Shown in pieces: positions 48,515 to 60,923 of a DNA stretch of 64,000 nucleotides (position 1 is its first letter; each line of letters opens with the position of its first letter). Location of the stretch: NCBI RefSeq assembly GCF_046119375.1, contig NW_027362762.1, positions 666,066,001 through 666,130,000 on the forward strand, given 5' to 3'. The translations under genes and the position numbers were made by a program. Origin of the DNA: Phyllobates terribilis (lineage: Eukaryota). A model generated the notes under the pieces. That model worked only from the letters and a program-made list of their open reading frames with translations, searched no databases and was not told where the DNA came from.

Positions 48515-48889
48515 TGAATCTACATCAGAGGAACTGAAACTGACATGAGATCTAGAAGCATGATGCTGCTTGAGTATTGATTTTGGGGTACGATGGAATC
48601 TAGTGCATCTGCCCTATTCATATACTTGATTTAACTAATAATCATTCATATCCCACTGAAATTTGTGTTTTTTTCTGATCATAATATCCTCCTCCAATTT
48701 AGATACTGATTGTTATTTTTTTAATAAAAACACCTCCAATTTAGAGACTGATTATTGTTTTTTTTTTTAAGTAAAACCTCATATTCAGCATTTGCTTTGT
48801 ATTGCTCTAATGTCAGTTAGTCTCGTTGATCTCAGATTGAATTTCAGAAAATTTTTGTTCTTTATGTTTGACTATCAAAAAATTTAATG

Positions 48890-49119
48890 AGCAGGATGGG
48901 AAATGGAATTTTTGCATTCTACCTTGAACCATTTTTCCTCCAGTCTGGTTGGGTATGGTAGATACATAAATGACCTCTTCTTCATTTGGATGGGCTGTGT
49001 ATCTGTCGTATACAACTTTGGGGAAAATCTGGGACAACTGCGCACAGATAGGGTAGTACCATAAGGAACAAGATGGAGATGAGTGTGATGGTAGCTCTCA
49101 CCTGTAAGGGTTGTGTAAG
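48890..49119 (+). pseudogene. PLE reverse transcriptase fragment
   Basis: GGTAGATACATAAATGACCTCTTCTTCATTTGG translates to GRYINDLFFIW (RYxDD motif variant). Confidence 0.5.
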
Positions 49120-50460
49120 TGACGCGCCAAGGGGATGGGGGAACGACTCAGCGCCCGGGCCTTGTTGTTGGTTTTGGGGACGCCGCGGTGGCCGGCTCCC
49201 GGGCCCATACCCTGGGGTCACTCTTAAAAGCAAGAAGGAAGGGGGGAAAAGGTGTATGGGAAAGGGGAAAGTTCATGATGCCACCCGTGGTGTCTGGTGA
49301 GGATCACCAGTGCTGCTACAGTCCTCTGAGGCTGGTATTCAGGCAGCTTAGTTGGTGCGGCTCCCCACAGGTGGAGCAGGGCCTCAGGGCAGCGCAGGAG
49401 AAGAGATGCAGGATAGAGCGATGGCGGGTGCAGTGCCACGGAGAAAGGAACAGACAGAGGCAGTATTTGAAGTCATCCAAGTCTTTACTCACGGTGGTGC
49501 TTTCTCAGCTCAGAGCTTCTCTCTGCTGTCACACGCCAAGCTGTGGCCGCCAGGGTGGGGTTCAGCACACTCCAGGTAGTTCAGTAGCGCTTGACAGGAC
49601 CCCCACTCTAAAGTGTTCCTCTCCTGGTAAAACTTCTCAGGCCTTGTGTCCCCCACTGCGTCCTGTACGGGTACTGTGATGTCCTTGATGGGTAGCGTGT
49701 AGCTCCCGGACCGACTGGGTGCCCTTCTTGGTGACTGGTGGTGAGAACGTGGAGTAAGGCCGGGTCCCTCTGGATAAACTCAGATTAGGGCATACAGGTG
49801 GCGACTCCGCTCCATCCATATCCCCCTGGGATCCACATAAGCCTCCGGACTTTTCCGACAGAGACGTGAAGTGCAAAGTCAGATAATCGGGGACCGGTAC
49901 CCCCTCTTGCGGCAGGGTCTCTCTGGCAGGGCCAGAATAAGGTATGCAGGTGGCGACTTCGCACCCCCTGAGATCCTTTCGCCTGTGGAGCCTAACTCCT
50001 CTGCTCCCCTCCTGGGCCTTCTGGGTTGGACTATGACCGGGGACAGAGCCGGTTTAAACTCTGCCCCAGTCCTCCGTCTCAAGGCCTGAGACCGGGAACC
50101 GTGGACCCTGAGGCGATGGCAGCCTTGTGCTGACCTGCTGTCCCAAAGACCCACGACTAAAGACCCGGTTACTAAGATGGCCTCCAGTTAAATATGATTC
50201 TATTAAGTGCTAAAGTAAAGTGCTTCCTCACCCTCACTCACTACATGGTTCCCCCTAACTTTGGTTCCCCCAACTCCTCTATTCCGGACCAGGGGAGCAC
50301 TATGGTGCTTTCTAGGCCCCCTTCAGAACTGTAGTGGTGTAGTGTTGAGTGTGTGGTAGGGGTCCTGTGTGGTGCTCCATCCTTACCTTGGAGAGGAGAT
50401 ACCACACATCATTTTGAGGTGCAGTACCCCTGTGGCGACTGAACCCTCAGGGGCGCCACA
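49120..50460 (-). mobile_element. Solo LTR, 1341 bp (TGTGGCGCCCC family)
   Basis: Reverse-complement termini match 13364-14615; 4-bp TSD TAAG. Confidence 0.85.
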
Positions 50461-50851
50461 TAAGGACACAACACCTGTATAACCCTGATGTGCCATAGCT
50501 GCGTGGTTGGAGGAGAGTATCATCCAGATAACAGTTTGGCAAAGCAGAGATTACACAATATGTGGGCTGCACTCATGGAAAGGATGAGATCCAGAGTGTA
50601 CAAGCAAGGTTTTTTATTCACACAAAAGTTTCGGCGCTATGCTGGCACCTTTCTCAAAGTAAAAAACCACTTGTGCTTTTCTCTACATTGAGAAAGGCAC
50701 CGGTATGGTACCTAAATGCGTTTGTGAGAAGAAAAAAGAAAAACCTTGTTTTTACACTGCAGATCTCATCCTTTCTGTGAGCATAGCCTACCCATCATGA
50801 TAATCTCTGCTTTGCTATCATGCTCAACATTGTGGAATACCTCAATGGTAA

Positions 50852-52625
50852 CACTGGGGAACAATTTTGAACATAATTTTTGTTGACTTAGATTTTTCTG
50901 CTGATTTAGACTAAAATATGGATGCTGATTTCAAAATTCAGTGTCTCATCCAGTGTCTCATTCATCTGAAATTCCAGTGCCAGTTTTCTTTGAACATCAT
51001 TATGGTGAAAATCAAAGTTACAGCAATGATGAAGATTTTGAAATTTAAGATGTCTCAGTTCGTAAGTAATTTGACTCGGATGAGTTGAACAATTTGGCAC
51101 AAGATTTGCAACTGTCAAAAAAAGCTTCAGACCTCCTAGCATCAAGACTGCATGAGAAAAATTTACTTGAAAAAGGAGCAGAGGTATCCTACTTTCGATC
51201 CAGAGAAAGCGCATTTCTCCAATACTTTAGAAGTGACAGCGGCTTTGTGTATTGCCAAAACATACATGGTTTAATTGAGAAATTTAAAATTCCAATCTAT
51301 AACTCAAATAAATGGCGACTGTTCATCGGTAGCTCAAAGCAGAGCTTAAAGTGTGTCCTCCTCCACAATGGCAATTTATTTAGTGCAATCCTTATTGGCT
51401 ATTCAGTTTTCCATTATGAAGAATATTGAGACATAAAGAGAGACATTGAGTTGTTTCAATATCACAAACATAATTGGATCATCTGTGTTGAATTAAAAGC
51501 AAAGCCACAGTAAGAGGAATTAAAATTCCCCTTAAATTCAAGAATAAACATAGCAAAAAGGGGCAAAAGTATTTACCTGCCCAGGTCTCAGAACTAATGC
51601 ACTATCAGGATGCAGCAAACCCATATAATAAAGATGTCGGCAACACAGGTGCAAAATACTGAAGAGACAACCACTCACAGCCTACCAGTTCATGAAGGGG
51701 TGATTGCTTAGTATTAAAATTGCTCACAAAAAAGGCTTGTATAGCGCGCTGGTCACACACAGATAGTGCATGTTGGACAGCAGAACTCATGAGAAGAATT
51801 GGTCTCCAAGATCTGACCTCAAACCTTGTAATCCAAACATTCTTCATGAGCCACTTGTTGACGGAAAGAACATTATAATTCTACTTTTGCATATGAAACT
51901 GAGTCTCATTAATCAATTCGTTAAAAATTTGACAACTGAAAGAAGCTGTTCCAAGTACCTAATTTTGGCATTTCCTAGCTTGTCATTTAAAAAGATAAAG
52001 GCTGATGGTCCATATATGCGGCTGCTCCAAAAGAATGCTTGGTTATCATTCAAAGACCTTGTCAAGGACTTTCTTGGAAAAACATGAGCAAACAATTACA
52101 CCGAAATGATCCAGAAACTCTTGGACAGCTACAAAATGCTTGGTTGCAACATGAGCATTATGGTGCATTTTCTGTATGGCCATCTTGCTAACTTCCCTGA
52201 AAACCTTGGAGCAGTCAGTGATGAGCCAGGTGAAAGATTCCACCAACATTTGAAGATCATGGAGTAACGGTGTCAGGATAGTTGGGACGTACATATGATG
52301 AATGACTATTGTTGGAGCATCAGACAAGATTGTCCACAGATTGAACAGGAAAAGCTAGAAGCGCAATTTTTTTTATCTTGACTGCTACCTAACTTTACTA
52401 CTTGCACACAATTTGACTACAGTAATAATATATCCTTTGTATGAACATAATAGTTTTAAATAAACATTACAATCAGGTTATTTTTTGCATTATTTTCCAC
52501 TGTATGTACATTTTGTATGGTTTTGGAGACAAAGGAAGGGTAAAAACTGGTGTCACTTTTGGATTCAGAAGCAAAAAAGTTAGTCAAAAACAAGTGTCAG
52601 ATCTAACTCATTGTGTTCCCCAGTT
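50852..52625 (+). mobile_element. Chapaev3-like (CMC group) DNA transposon, decayed
   Basis: TIR CACTGGGGAACA with inverse TGTTCCCCAGT. Transposase remnants LAQDLQLSKKASDLLASRL, WRLFIGSSKQSLKCVLLHNGN, LHMKLSLINQFVK, AVSDEPGERFHQ. Family name is from recalled motifs. Confidence 0.7.
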
Positions 52626-52629
52626 ATAG

Positions 52630-53540
52630 TCTTAGATTCACCTCAACATTCCACTCTACACATATTTAATTTCTTTATTTACAACTTACGGGCATACATG
52701 ACAACATTATTTCTACTGCCACCTTTGTGTATTATGAGTAGCAATATTTTACACGCGCTCACAGCATTCACCCCAAATACACTATTCAAGCTCCAGTAGT
52801 AGAATTGACTAGATTTAAAAGAAATTGTAATAAGACCAGTAGTTTGGATTGGGAACTTGCGGAATCACAAAAAAGATTAGCAAAAAGGGGATAATCCTCA
52901 TGGATTTTGAATAGAGCCAATAATATAGTCCAGAAGAAAAAAACATAGTGATCTTATTAGGAACAAATAGAAATTTAGGCAAAACAACGAAACCCGTTTT
53001 GTCTTAACAGTATAGTCTCCAATTTAATCAGATTAAATCGACCCTATTGAAATTCATGCTACTTTTACATGAAGAACTGACTATTTCTTCGATATTAGAA
53101 ACAGGATGCTATATTGTAGCTAAAAGAGCTACTTCATACACTGATTGTAAAACATGGTTGTGTGGCAGAGGTTTTTACAAATGTGGTGCACTGTTAACCA
53201 ATGTAGAACCTATACATACGTGGGTTGTACCTCACGCAAACTTAAAATACGCGTTTAAGAACACATTACTGATAGTCAGTATTACAAAGAATATCGGACT
53301 GTTTTCCATGCATTAAAATATTTATCACTCGCGATCAACTGTGTTTTTAATTCATTAGTCACTGTTTGTTTTTTTATGTTTGTTTTTCCTTTTGTGTTGA
53401 TGTTATTACATTTACGATTGGTCAGTCATGTGATTTATTCACACACCTACACTGATTTCTTATGGACTTAATAGGACCCTAGGATTCAGTGCATCTCAGA
53501 CAAGGGACACCGGAGTGATTCTGAAATGCATAGCTGTTAC
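52630..53540 (+). pseudogene. Degenerate PLE 3' fragment (RT thumb to endonuclease region)
   Basis: Remnants resembling NILHALTAFTP, ELTRFKRNC, RLAKRG.. and GFYKCG; many stops. Confidence 0.5.
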
Positions 53541-54231
53541 TTGACATGCCATTGAAATTTGTTATGCTATTTTTGGGATTGTTATGGAGCATCCATTTTA
53601 ATTTTTTTCATTAAAGTTTATCATTTTACCTGGAGCAGGAAATTATCTTTTTCCATTACATACTTCACGCTTGTCAGAACGGATTTCCGTGCTACCACGC
53701 TATATACAGTATTGGGTGAGCTGGCTGCAACTTTTTTTCTTTTTCTGTATGCAACTTAGGTAACCAACTGCCATTTTTACAGCAAGAGTCATCGGTACTC
53801 TACACTCAGCAACCAAAGTATATAGTTCTCTACAGTTCAGTCCATAACTGTTAGGTTCAGTTGAGATAAATCTCTAATTTGTTCTAAGAGGGTGATGGAC
53901 CAATTTCCAACCTTCTGACAAGCTGTCTTTACATTCAATGATGAATTATGACATGGAAAGATTTAGAATTAGGGCTCGCTCACAAGAGCGTATAAATCGG
54001 ACGAGTGAAATGCGAGAAAACAATGCATTACACGCTGACCAATGTTATTCAATGAGCCAGTGCTCACCAGCGATTTTTTTTTCTTAGCCTTAATCAGACT
54101 GTGGAAAAAATCGCAGCATGCTGCAACTGTATGTGAGAATTAGAACGCCCTCGCCAATGTAAGTCAATGGGTGCAAGAAAATAGTCGGACGGCACATGGA
54201 CCATGCGTGTGCCGTCCGATTTCTATGCACA

Positions 54232-55243
54232 TGACTCGCCCCCTGGGCCGTGGGGCACTCGGGACCGGACTTCAGGGCAATGCTGGGAGTAGTAGTGGCG
54301 ACCCGGTCCCATGGCTCAGGGTGGTCAGACCAGTGGCAGCCTTTTATATGCTTTAGGTAATGTCCGACTACACCACCCGTGGATTGCGGTCAGGGAGGAC
54401 CGCCGCTGCAAGGCAGACCGCTGAGGCTGGTGTTGGGGATGCAGCAGGGAATAGTACAACTCCCCGCGGGAGAAGTGTTGCCTCAAGGCAGTGTAATAGG
54501 ATGCTGGGGGTGATGGTGCAGGCGCAGCAGTAACCACACAGAGTCCAATAATGCAGTCCAGGGTCTATTACTGCAGATCTTATCACAGACCCACCAGGAG
54601 TACAGGGTAGGAATGGACCTGGGTGTCTGAGGGCATTCGGGTGAGCTCCGCTGGTCAGGGTGAGTGGGTAGGCCAACCGTTCTCTCTCTGCCCTTGCTGA
54701 CTATCTCCCCCTTTAGTGGTACGATAGCCCATGTCCCTGAGCTTGTCGTGTACTACGCCTGTATGGCTTGCGACTTCAGCCTTATGTACCTGTGGCTTCT
54801 CCGTGCTGTACCGGTCGCTCTGTGTGGTGGAGCCTCCAGGCTTCTTAGGCCAAGGGACCTGAAATCCCTTGCGGGTTGGTTATCTGCTGCAGGACCTGCA
54901 ACCCTGACAGCCTCGGACCCCAGTGTCCGGTTGTGTAGTCTCTCTCTGCCAGGACCGGCTCTCGTCGCCTCTGTCCCTGGCTTTCCGTTCCTCCTTTGCC
55001 TCCTGGACTCCTCAGCTGCGGCTGACCTGTCCCTCTCTTCTGGGAACCCTTCTGGATGCTTCAGAAGTGGGTCCTGGTCTCTCTAACCCTGCCCTCAGTA
55101 CCAGTTTTTATAGGGGCAGCCTGCTCCCCCTACTGGCCTGGGACAGGAGGTGCTGCATGCAAATGGTCCATGACCAGAGAACCTCCCTCCTGCTCTCAGA
55201 CACAGCCTTACAAGTTTGTGGCATCCAGGCCTGGGGTGACACA
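54232..55243 (-). mobile_element. Solo LTR, ~1012 bp (TGTGGCGCCCC-related)
   Basis: Starts TGACTCGCCCCCTGGGCCGTGGGGCACTCGG (inverse of the family 3' end); ends GGGGTGACACA; TSD CACA, ambiguous because it lies in a CA run. Confidence 0.7.
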
Positions 55244-55338
55244 CACACATCTCAAAGGAGACCCAACATTTCATCATCCAAGTACAGTAAATTCACAGCC
55301 AAAACGCTGAGAATAGATGAATAGAATAGATATATTGA

Positions 55339-55339
<1 letters not shown>

Positions 55340-55384
<45 letters not shown>
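55340..55384 (+). repeat. (TAGA)n microsatellite, ~11 units
   Basis: Read directly from the sequence. Confidence 0.95.
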
Positions 55385-56294
55385 GGAATAGCTAGATGCC
55401 CGGTAGACATTTAATATCACAAGCCCCCTTCATATAATAAACTTTCACCCTTTGCCGCCAAGTCACGCTGGCCTCTATGAGACTCGGCGACTCTGATGAG
55501 CGGTGTAGTTACTGATGTCATCGCTGTTCAGAGCCGCTGGGTCTCACGGAAGCAGGCAACTCTGATTCTGTACTGCAACCATAGGTCACTCCCAGCCATG
55601 TCTCACGAGCGATGACATTACTGATGTAACAACGACGCTCCATAGGTTGCAGTACTGAATCAAATTTTTTTTTCATTAATAAATTGGTGAATGAGGGAGT
55701 ATTTCCTGTTTTTATTTCTTTACCTCTTTCTTTTTATGTCTTTCATGTTCCCATTTTTGGACTACGTCAGATCTTAATGGTTTGCTTTTTAATAAACTGG
55801 TGAACAAGGTTTGGGGGACTGTTTTTTAAAATACAATTTTTGTGTGTGTGTTTTTTCTTTTAACTTACCGGGTTCTTTTACTAACCCCTGTACTTGATGG
55901 CAGCTGACGTTACAATGCCGACATCAACCCCATAAATAATTACCCCGACTGCCACCACATCAGGGCAATTGGGAAGTGCCGAGCCAAGCACCAGAATTGG
56001 TGCATCTCATATGATGCGCCAATTCTGGGACAGCTGCGGGCTTGTAATTTTAGGCTGGGAAGGTCCCAATAACTAGGGACTTTCCCCACCTGATTATATA
56101 AGCCCACAGCTGTCTGCTTTACCATGGCTGGTTATAAAAAATATGGGGGACATGAAAGGCACTAAAGAGTGAAATTTTATTACTGTATATGTATGGGGCT
56201 TGTGAATTCTAGGTCTATGTCACGATATCTATCTATTTATTCTATTTATCTATTCTATTTAGCTATATATCCTATCTATCTATCTATATTTGTA

Positions 56295-57864
56295 CACTGT
56301 GTTCCAAATTATTATGCAAATAATATTTTCTCAGATTTTCCCAAATTACCTATATGAATTGCAGTCACTGTAATTTTCCAGTCAAATAACTATTAGAGTA
56401 CAATTGAAAGGATTTTGTACAAACTGCCTATGATAACAGTATATTTTTTAAAAAATAAAAAACTCAAACTGCACTCAAAATGCATGTTCTAAATTATTAT
56501 GCACAGCAGAGTTTTCAACCTTTTCATTTTAATAAAGAACAAAAAAATGTTAATTTTTGAAATTATAAGCATTAGCAGGTTATTACAAACTGAAATCAAA
56601 CAGTTTTTAACTCAAAACTTTATTCTAGGTGAAGTTACATTTGCACATAGGACCCCTTGTTCGAAAGGAGCTTCTGAACTCTCTCGTCCATTGAATTTGT
56701 CAGGTTTTGGATGGTTTCTGCTTTAATTGTTTAGCATGAGGACAGAATACCCTCCCAGAGCTGTTGCTTAGATGTGAACTGCCTCCCGCCATCATAGACA
56801 CTCCTTTTGATGATGCTCCAGAGGTTCTCAATGGGGTTGAGGTCAGGGGAGCATGGGTGGCACACCACAAGTTTGTCCCCTTTTATGCCCATAGCAGCCA
56901 GAGATGCAGATGTGTTATGTGCAGAATGAGACGGGGCATTATCTTGCATGAAATGATCTCGATGGTCCAGATGGATGGAGTAGAGGATGGCTGGTTGATG
57001 GACACCCCATGCAAACACGGCTACGGCGCTAACAAGGAGGAGGTGGAGTAATGTTTTGGGCTGGAATCATGGGGAGAGAGATTGTTGGCACTTTTAGGAT
57101 CCCTGAAGGGGTAAAGATGAACTCCATAATGTATGTTGAGTTTCTCAAACAGCACTTCCTTCCTTGGTTCAAGAAGAAGAACCGTGCATTCCGCAGCAAG
57201 ATCATTTTCATGCATGATAATGCCCCGTCTCATGCTGCACATAACACATCTTCATCTCTGGCTGATATGGGCATAAAAGGGGACAAACTTATGGTGTGGC
57301 ACCCATGCTCCCCTGACCTCAACCCCATTGAGAACCTCTGGAGCATCATCAAAAGGAGTGTCTATGATGGCGGGAGGCAGTTCACATCTAAGCAACAGCT
57401 CTGGGAGGGTATTCTGTCCTCATGCAATACAATTAAAGCAGAAACCATCCAAAACCTGACAAATTCAATGGACGAGAGAGTTCAGAAGCTCCTTTCGAAC
57501 AAGGGGTCCTATGTGCAAATGTAACATCACCTAGAATAAAGTTTTGAGTTGAAAACTGTTTGATTTCAGTTTGTAATAACCTGCTAATGCTTATAATTTC
57601 AAAAATTACCATTTTTTTTGTTCTTTATTAAAATGAAAAGGTTGAAAACTCTGCTGTGCATAATAATTTGGAACATGCATTTTGAGTGCAGTTTGAGTTT
57701 TTATTTTTTAAAAAATATACTGTTATCATAGGCAGTTTGTACAAAAACCTTTCAAGTGTACTCTAATAGTTATTTGACTGGAAAATTACAGTGACTGCAA
57801 TTCATATAGGTAATTTGGGAAAATCTGAGAAAATATTATTTGCATAATAATTTGGAACACAGTG
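56295..57864. mobile_element. Fold-back derivative of a DD37E (TRT-type) Tc1 element
   Basis: TA-flanked TIR CACTGTGTTCCAAATTATTATGC; arms 56295-56960 and 57199-57864 (666 bp each) both include transposase C-terminal coding sequence. Confidence 0.92.
56961..57524 (+). pseudogene. C-terminal half of a DD37E transposase
   Basis: DGPDGWSRGW..GGGGVMFWAG..FMHD-37 aa-E NLW..KGSYVQM*; an inverted partial copy lies at 56731-56960 on the minus strand. Confidence 0.88.
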
Positions 57865-58780
57865 TATATAAGATTGCTTTATTAGTTTTATAAACTAGCT
57901 TTAAATTGCATAGAGAATTACAGTATGTAAAAGATGATGTTAGAAACACATTGCATACGGATTGCATACACATGTCATGCAGATGTCATACGGATGCTAG
58001 TTGAGAAAAATCGCATTGTACTCAGATGACACTCACACTACTTTTCTGGATCAACATCAGACTGATTTTTTTTATACGCTAGTTTTACTCCGGCCTTAGA
58101 CTTACACTTAAACTTAATTATGGCTCATTACTGCAATAGCATATATAGTAACAAATAATATGACCATAATCAGACATATACTTGGAAGTATTTAAAGAAA
58201 TCCTTAAAGTCTTCCTGTGGTAAAGAGTATATATTTTGGTAAAAAAAAAACATTTTGATTGAGTCAACTGAGCTGCAATATAACGTGTGTTACTTTCTAC
58301 ATAAACCTTGTAAATATTATATTAGATGTTGGGGTAATTTGGCATTTTTTCAAAATGAAAGCTTTAGTCTTTGCTATCCATATGCTATTTGTTTAACTAT
58401 AAAGGGATAAACTGAACTAGACTAAATCCGGAAAGCATTACATTACAAAACAATAGTTGGGTCATATAAAGTTGCTAACAGCATTAGCAATGTGCAAGTT
58501 AAATCAGCATATCACATATACAAAATTAGTTAAAGTGTCGATCCCCGGCAGGAAACATGTGAGAGGAAAAAGAGAGAGAGCGCTACCTGAGGGTAGTAAG
58601 TTGGGTAAAATCAGCAGTATGTATAAATTGTATATGCTCACCAGAGCTGGTTGTGTAAATTAGGCATCTTTATCCGTGGTGTGCAGCTCATCCAAGAGCC
58701 GTGGAGGTGTGCATTTCCTTGCTCAACAAGTCACTCCACGTGGAGAGTGATAGAAAAATATGAAAAAATCCAGAAAAAAT

Positions 58781-59091
58781 TAATCTAAATTGCAAAAAGA
58801 ACTTCGTCACTCCATACATGAATATATAAGAAATATTGTATCTAAACTGATGTCACTTTGAAAAATGAAGGTTTTTTGCGCATAATTTCGCCAATTTACC
58901 AATTGACCTTTTGGTAGCGTAGCGTAGTTACCCATCATACGAAGGTGACCCTGTTGTGGTTGATGGGCACACATAAATTGGCCAAATTATGCGCGAAAAA
59001 ACTTCATTTTTCAAAGTGACATCAGTCTAGATACAATATTTCTTATATATTCATGTATGGAGTGCCGAAGTTCTTTTTACAATTTAGATTA
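58781..59091. repeat. 118-bp-arm inverted repeat with a 75-nt spacer
   Basis: 58781-58898 is a near reverse complement of 58974-59091; the spacer has its own CCCATCA/TGATGGG stem. Confidence 0.88.
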
Positions 59092-59145
59092 CTTTTTTCT
59101 TCAGAGCACCCGAATAGACCAGTGAGCGGCCCCTCTCTTTTTCCT

Positions 59146-59588
59146 GATGATGCTCTATGTGTCATCCGTAATATGCCCCTCTAGAAGTGACATTTTTTCG
59201 CCGCAAGAACCACGGTAGTTGCAACTAACCAAATCTTCATGCCTGTGGCTGTCAAAACTCTGAGGGAATCGATCAATCTCCGTCCAAGGGGGAAGGGAAC
59301 TATCTCGCTCCTTAGGATTCCAAAGCCCCCCCGGCGAGGAACAAAGTAACCCTGGACTCACTGAGAGGATGATGCTCTATATGTCATCTCTCATATGCCC
59401 CTCTCGAACAGACATTTTTCCACCACAAGAAACATGGCAGTTGCAACTTACCGGATTGCACATGCCTGCGGCTGTCAGAACTCCAAGGGAATTGAGCGAT
59501 CTCTGTCTAAGGAGGAGGAACCTAACTCACTCCCTGGGAGTTGGAAGCCCCCCGGCGAAAAACAGTAACCATGGAAACACTGAAAGGT
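59146..59588. repeat. Diverged ~222-bp tandem duplication next to the PLE 3' end
   Basis: GATGATGCTCTAT, ATATGCCCCTCT, GTTGCAACT and AAGCCCCCCGGCGA blocks each occur twice, ~222 bp apart. Confidence 0.8.
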
Positions 59589-59629
59589 ATTGTCAACCTG
59601 ACAACTCGTATTTAGACTGATTCCAACGT

Positions 59630-60450
59630 TTCATTGAGTATTTATGGATATAGACTCCCCAATCTATATATCCAGTAGGACTCTTTGGGGTTAAGAACTG
59701 ACTTCCTATTTCTGGTGAAAGATGGGATTTGTTCCAAAGGTGTTACTACTATTGAATCAAAGTTTTTATTGTGTGCAAGAGTGATATGTTTGGAAAGACT
59801 TTGTTTGAGAAACCCCTTTTTGACATTATGTCGGTGACCATTCATGCGGCTCCGCTATGTTTGGGTCGTCTGACCCACATATTGGAGTCCGCAATCGCAT
59901 GTCACCCCATAAATGACAAAATCTGTACTACACGTGAGTTCTTGAGTGAATCTGAACACGGTTTTAGAATTTTTAACATTTATGGTTTTTGACCCACAGT
60001 TGATGATCTTACAACAGTGACATCGCTTGCTTTCACATTTAAATACTCCTATTCTGTCTTTCTGTACTTCTGTGTTCTTATCACTTTCCAACCTATTTCT
60101 TATAAGACTGAGTGCTATGTTCTTCTTTATTGTCTTTCCTCTTCGGAATATAGTATTCGGTCTTGAGGGGACCAATTCTTTCAATATTGGGCCTTTCTTT
60201 ATAATATTTGTTCAATATTTTACGAATATTTTGGTTACCTTTATTGTATGCGGTAATAAAACTATATCTCCTTCTAGATGTATCCTCAACATTTTTAGAT
60301 ACAGTTTGTTTGTTTTTTAACCAGTCATTTTGTGTAAGAGCTAGATTCTTGTGATAGGCTGTCTGAACTAATGTTTTGGGGTATTTCTTTTCATCAAATC
60401 TGGAAAGTAGAGTTTTGGATTGCTCAGCATAATATAAAAAAAATGCCATC
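59630..60450 (-). pseudogene. PLE 3' part with GIY-YIG endonuclease
   Basis: FKCESKRCHCC..LTCSTDFVIYGVTCDCGLQYVGQTTQT and KESYWIYRLGSLYP. Confidence 0.9.
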
Positions 60451-60508
60451 TGGCATCCACAATTGAGAAGGATAAGTATAAATATCCCAAATGTTATATG
60501 ATTCTACA

Positions 60509-60549
60509 TACATCTGATGAAGGCTCATGGAGCAAAAACGCGTTGTGTA
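60509..60549 (+). ncRNA. Minimal type-I hammerhead ribozyme remnant (PLE-associated), probably inactive
   Basis: TACAT-CTGATGA-A-GGCTC atg GAGCA-AAAAC-GCGT-T-GTGTA: core CUGAUGA, stem II, palindromic ACGCGT stem III, stem I TACAT/GTGTA. The GAAA box reads AAAA. Confidence 0.6.
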
Positions 60550-60623
60550 CCGGTTTTTATAACTATCCATTTTTACTTTATTTTTAATATATGTAATGTT
60601 TTTGTCTCAATAGTGATTACTAT

Positions 60624-60923
60624 TAGTGTTGAGCAAGTATGTTCTATTAACCCTTTCGCTGAGTATGCTCGGGCCGAGCTCCGAGTATTTACAGCTGCTC
60701 GGTGATATGGTTGAATCGCTCCCGTGTGCATGATTTGCAACTGTTTGACAGGTTTATTACATGTGAGGAATGTCTATTTCTTACACATTCCTCACATGTA
60801 ATAAAGCTGTCAAACAGTTGCAAATCATGCACACGGGAGAGATTTAACCATATCACCGAGCAGCTGTAAATACTCGGAGCTCGGCCCGAGCATACTCGGA
60901 CAGAACATACTCGCTCAACCCTA
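60624..60923. mobile_element. hAT MITE, fold-back, 300 bp
   Basis: TAGTGTTGAGC...GCTCAACCCTA; TSD ATTACTAT/ATTATTAT with one mismatch. Confidence 0.88.

Noticed and set aside
49119-50154. 186-aa and neighbouring ORFs
   Set aside because: Fall inside a GC-rich solo LTR and have no recognisable domain.
58899-58973. Hammerhead ribozyme in the inverted-repeat spacer
   Set aside because: No CUGAnGA plus GAAA pair on either strand.
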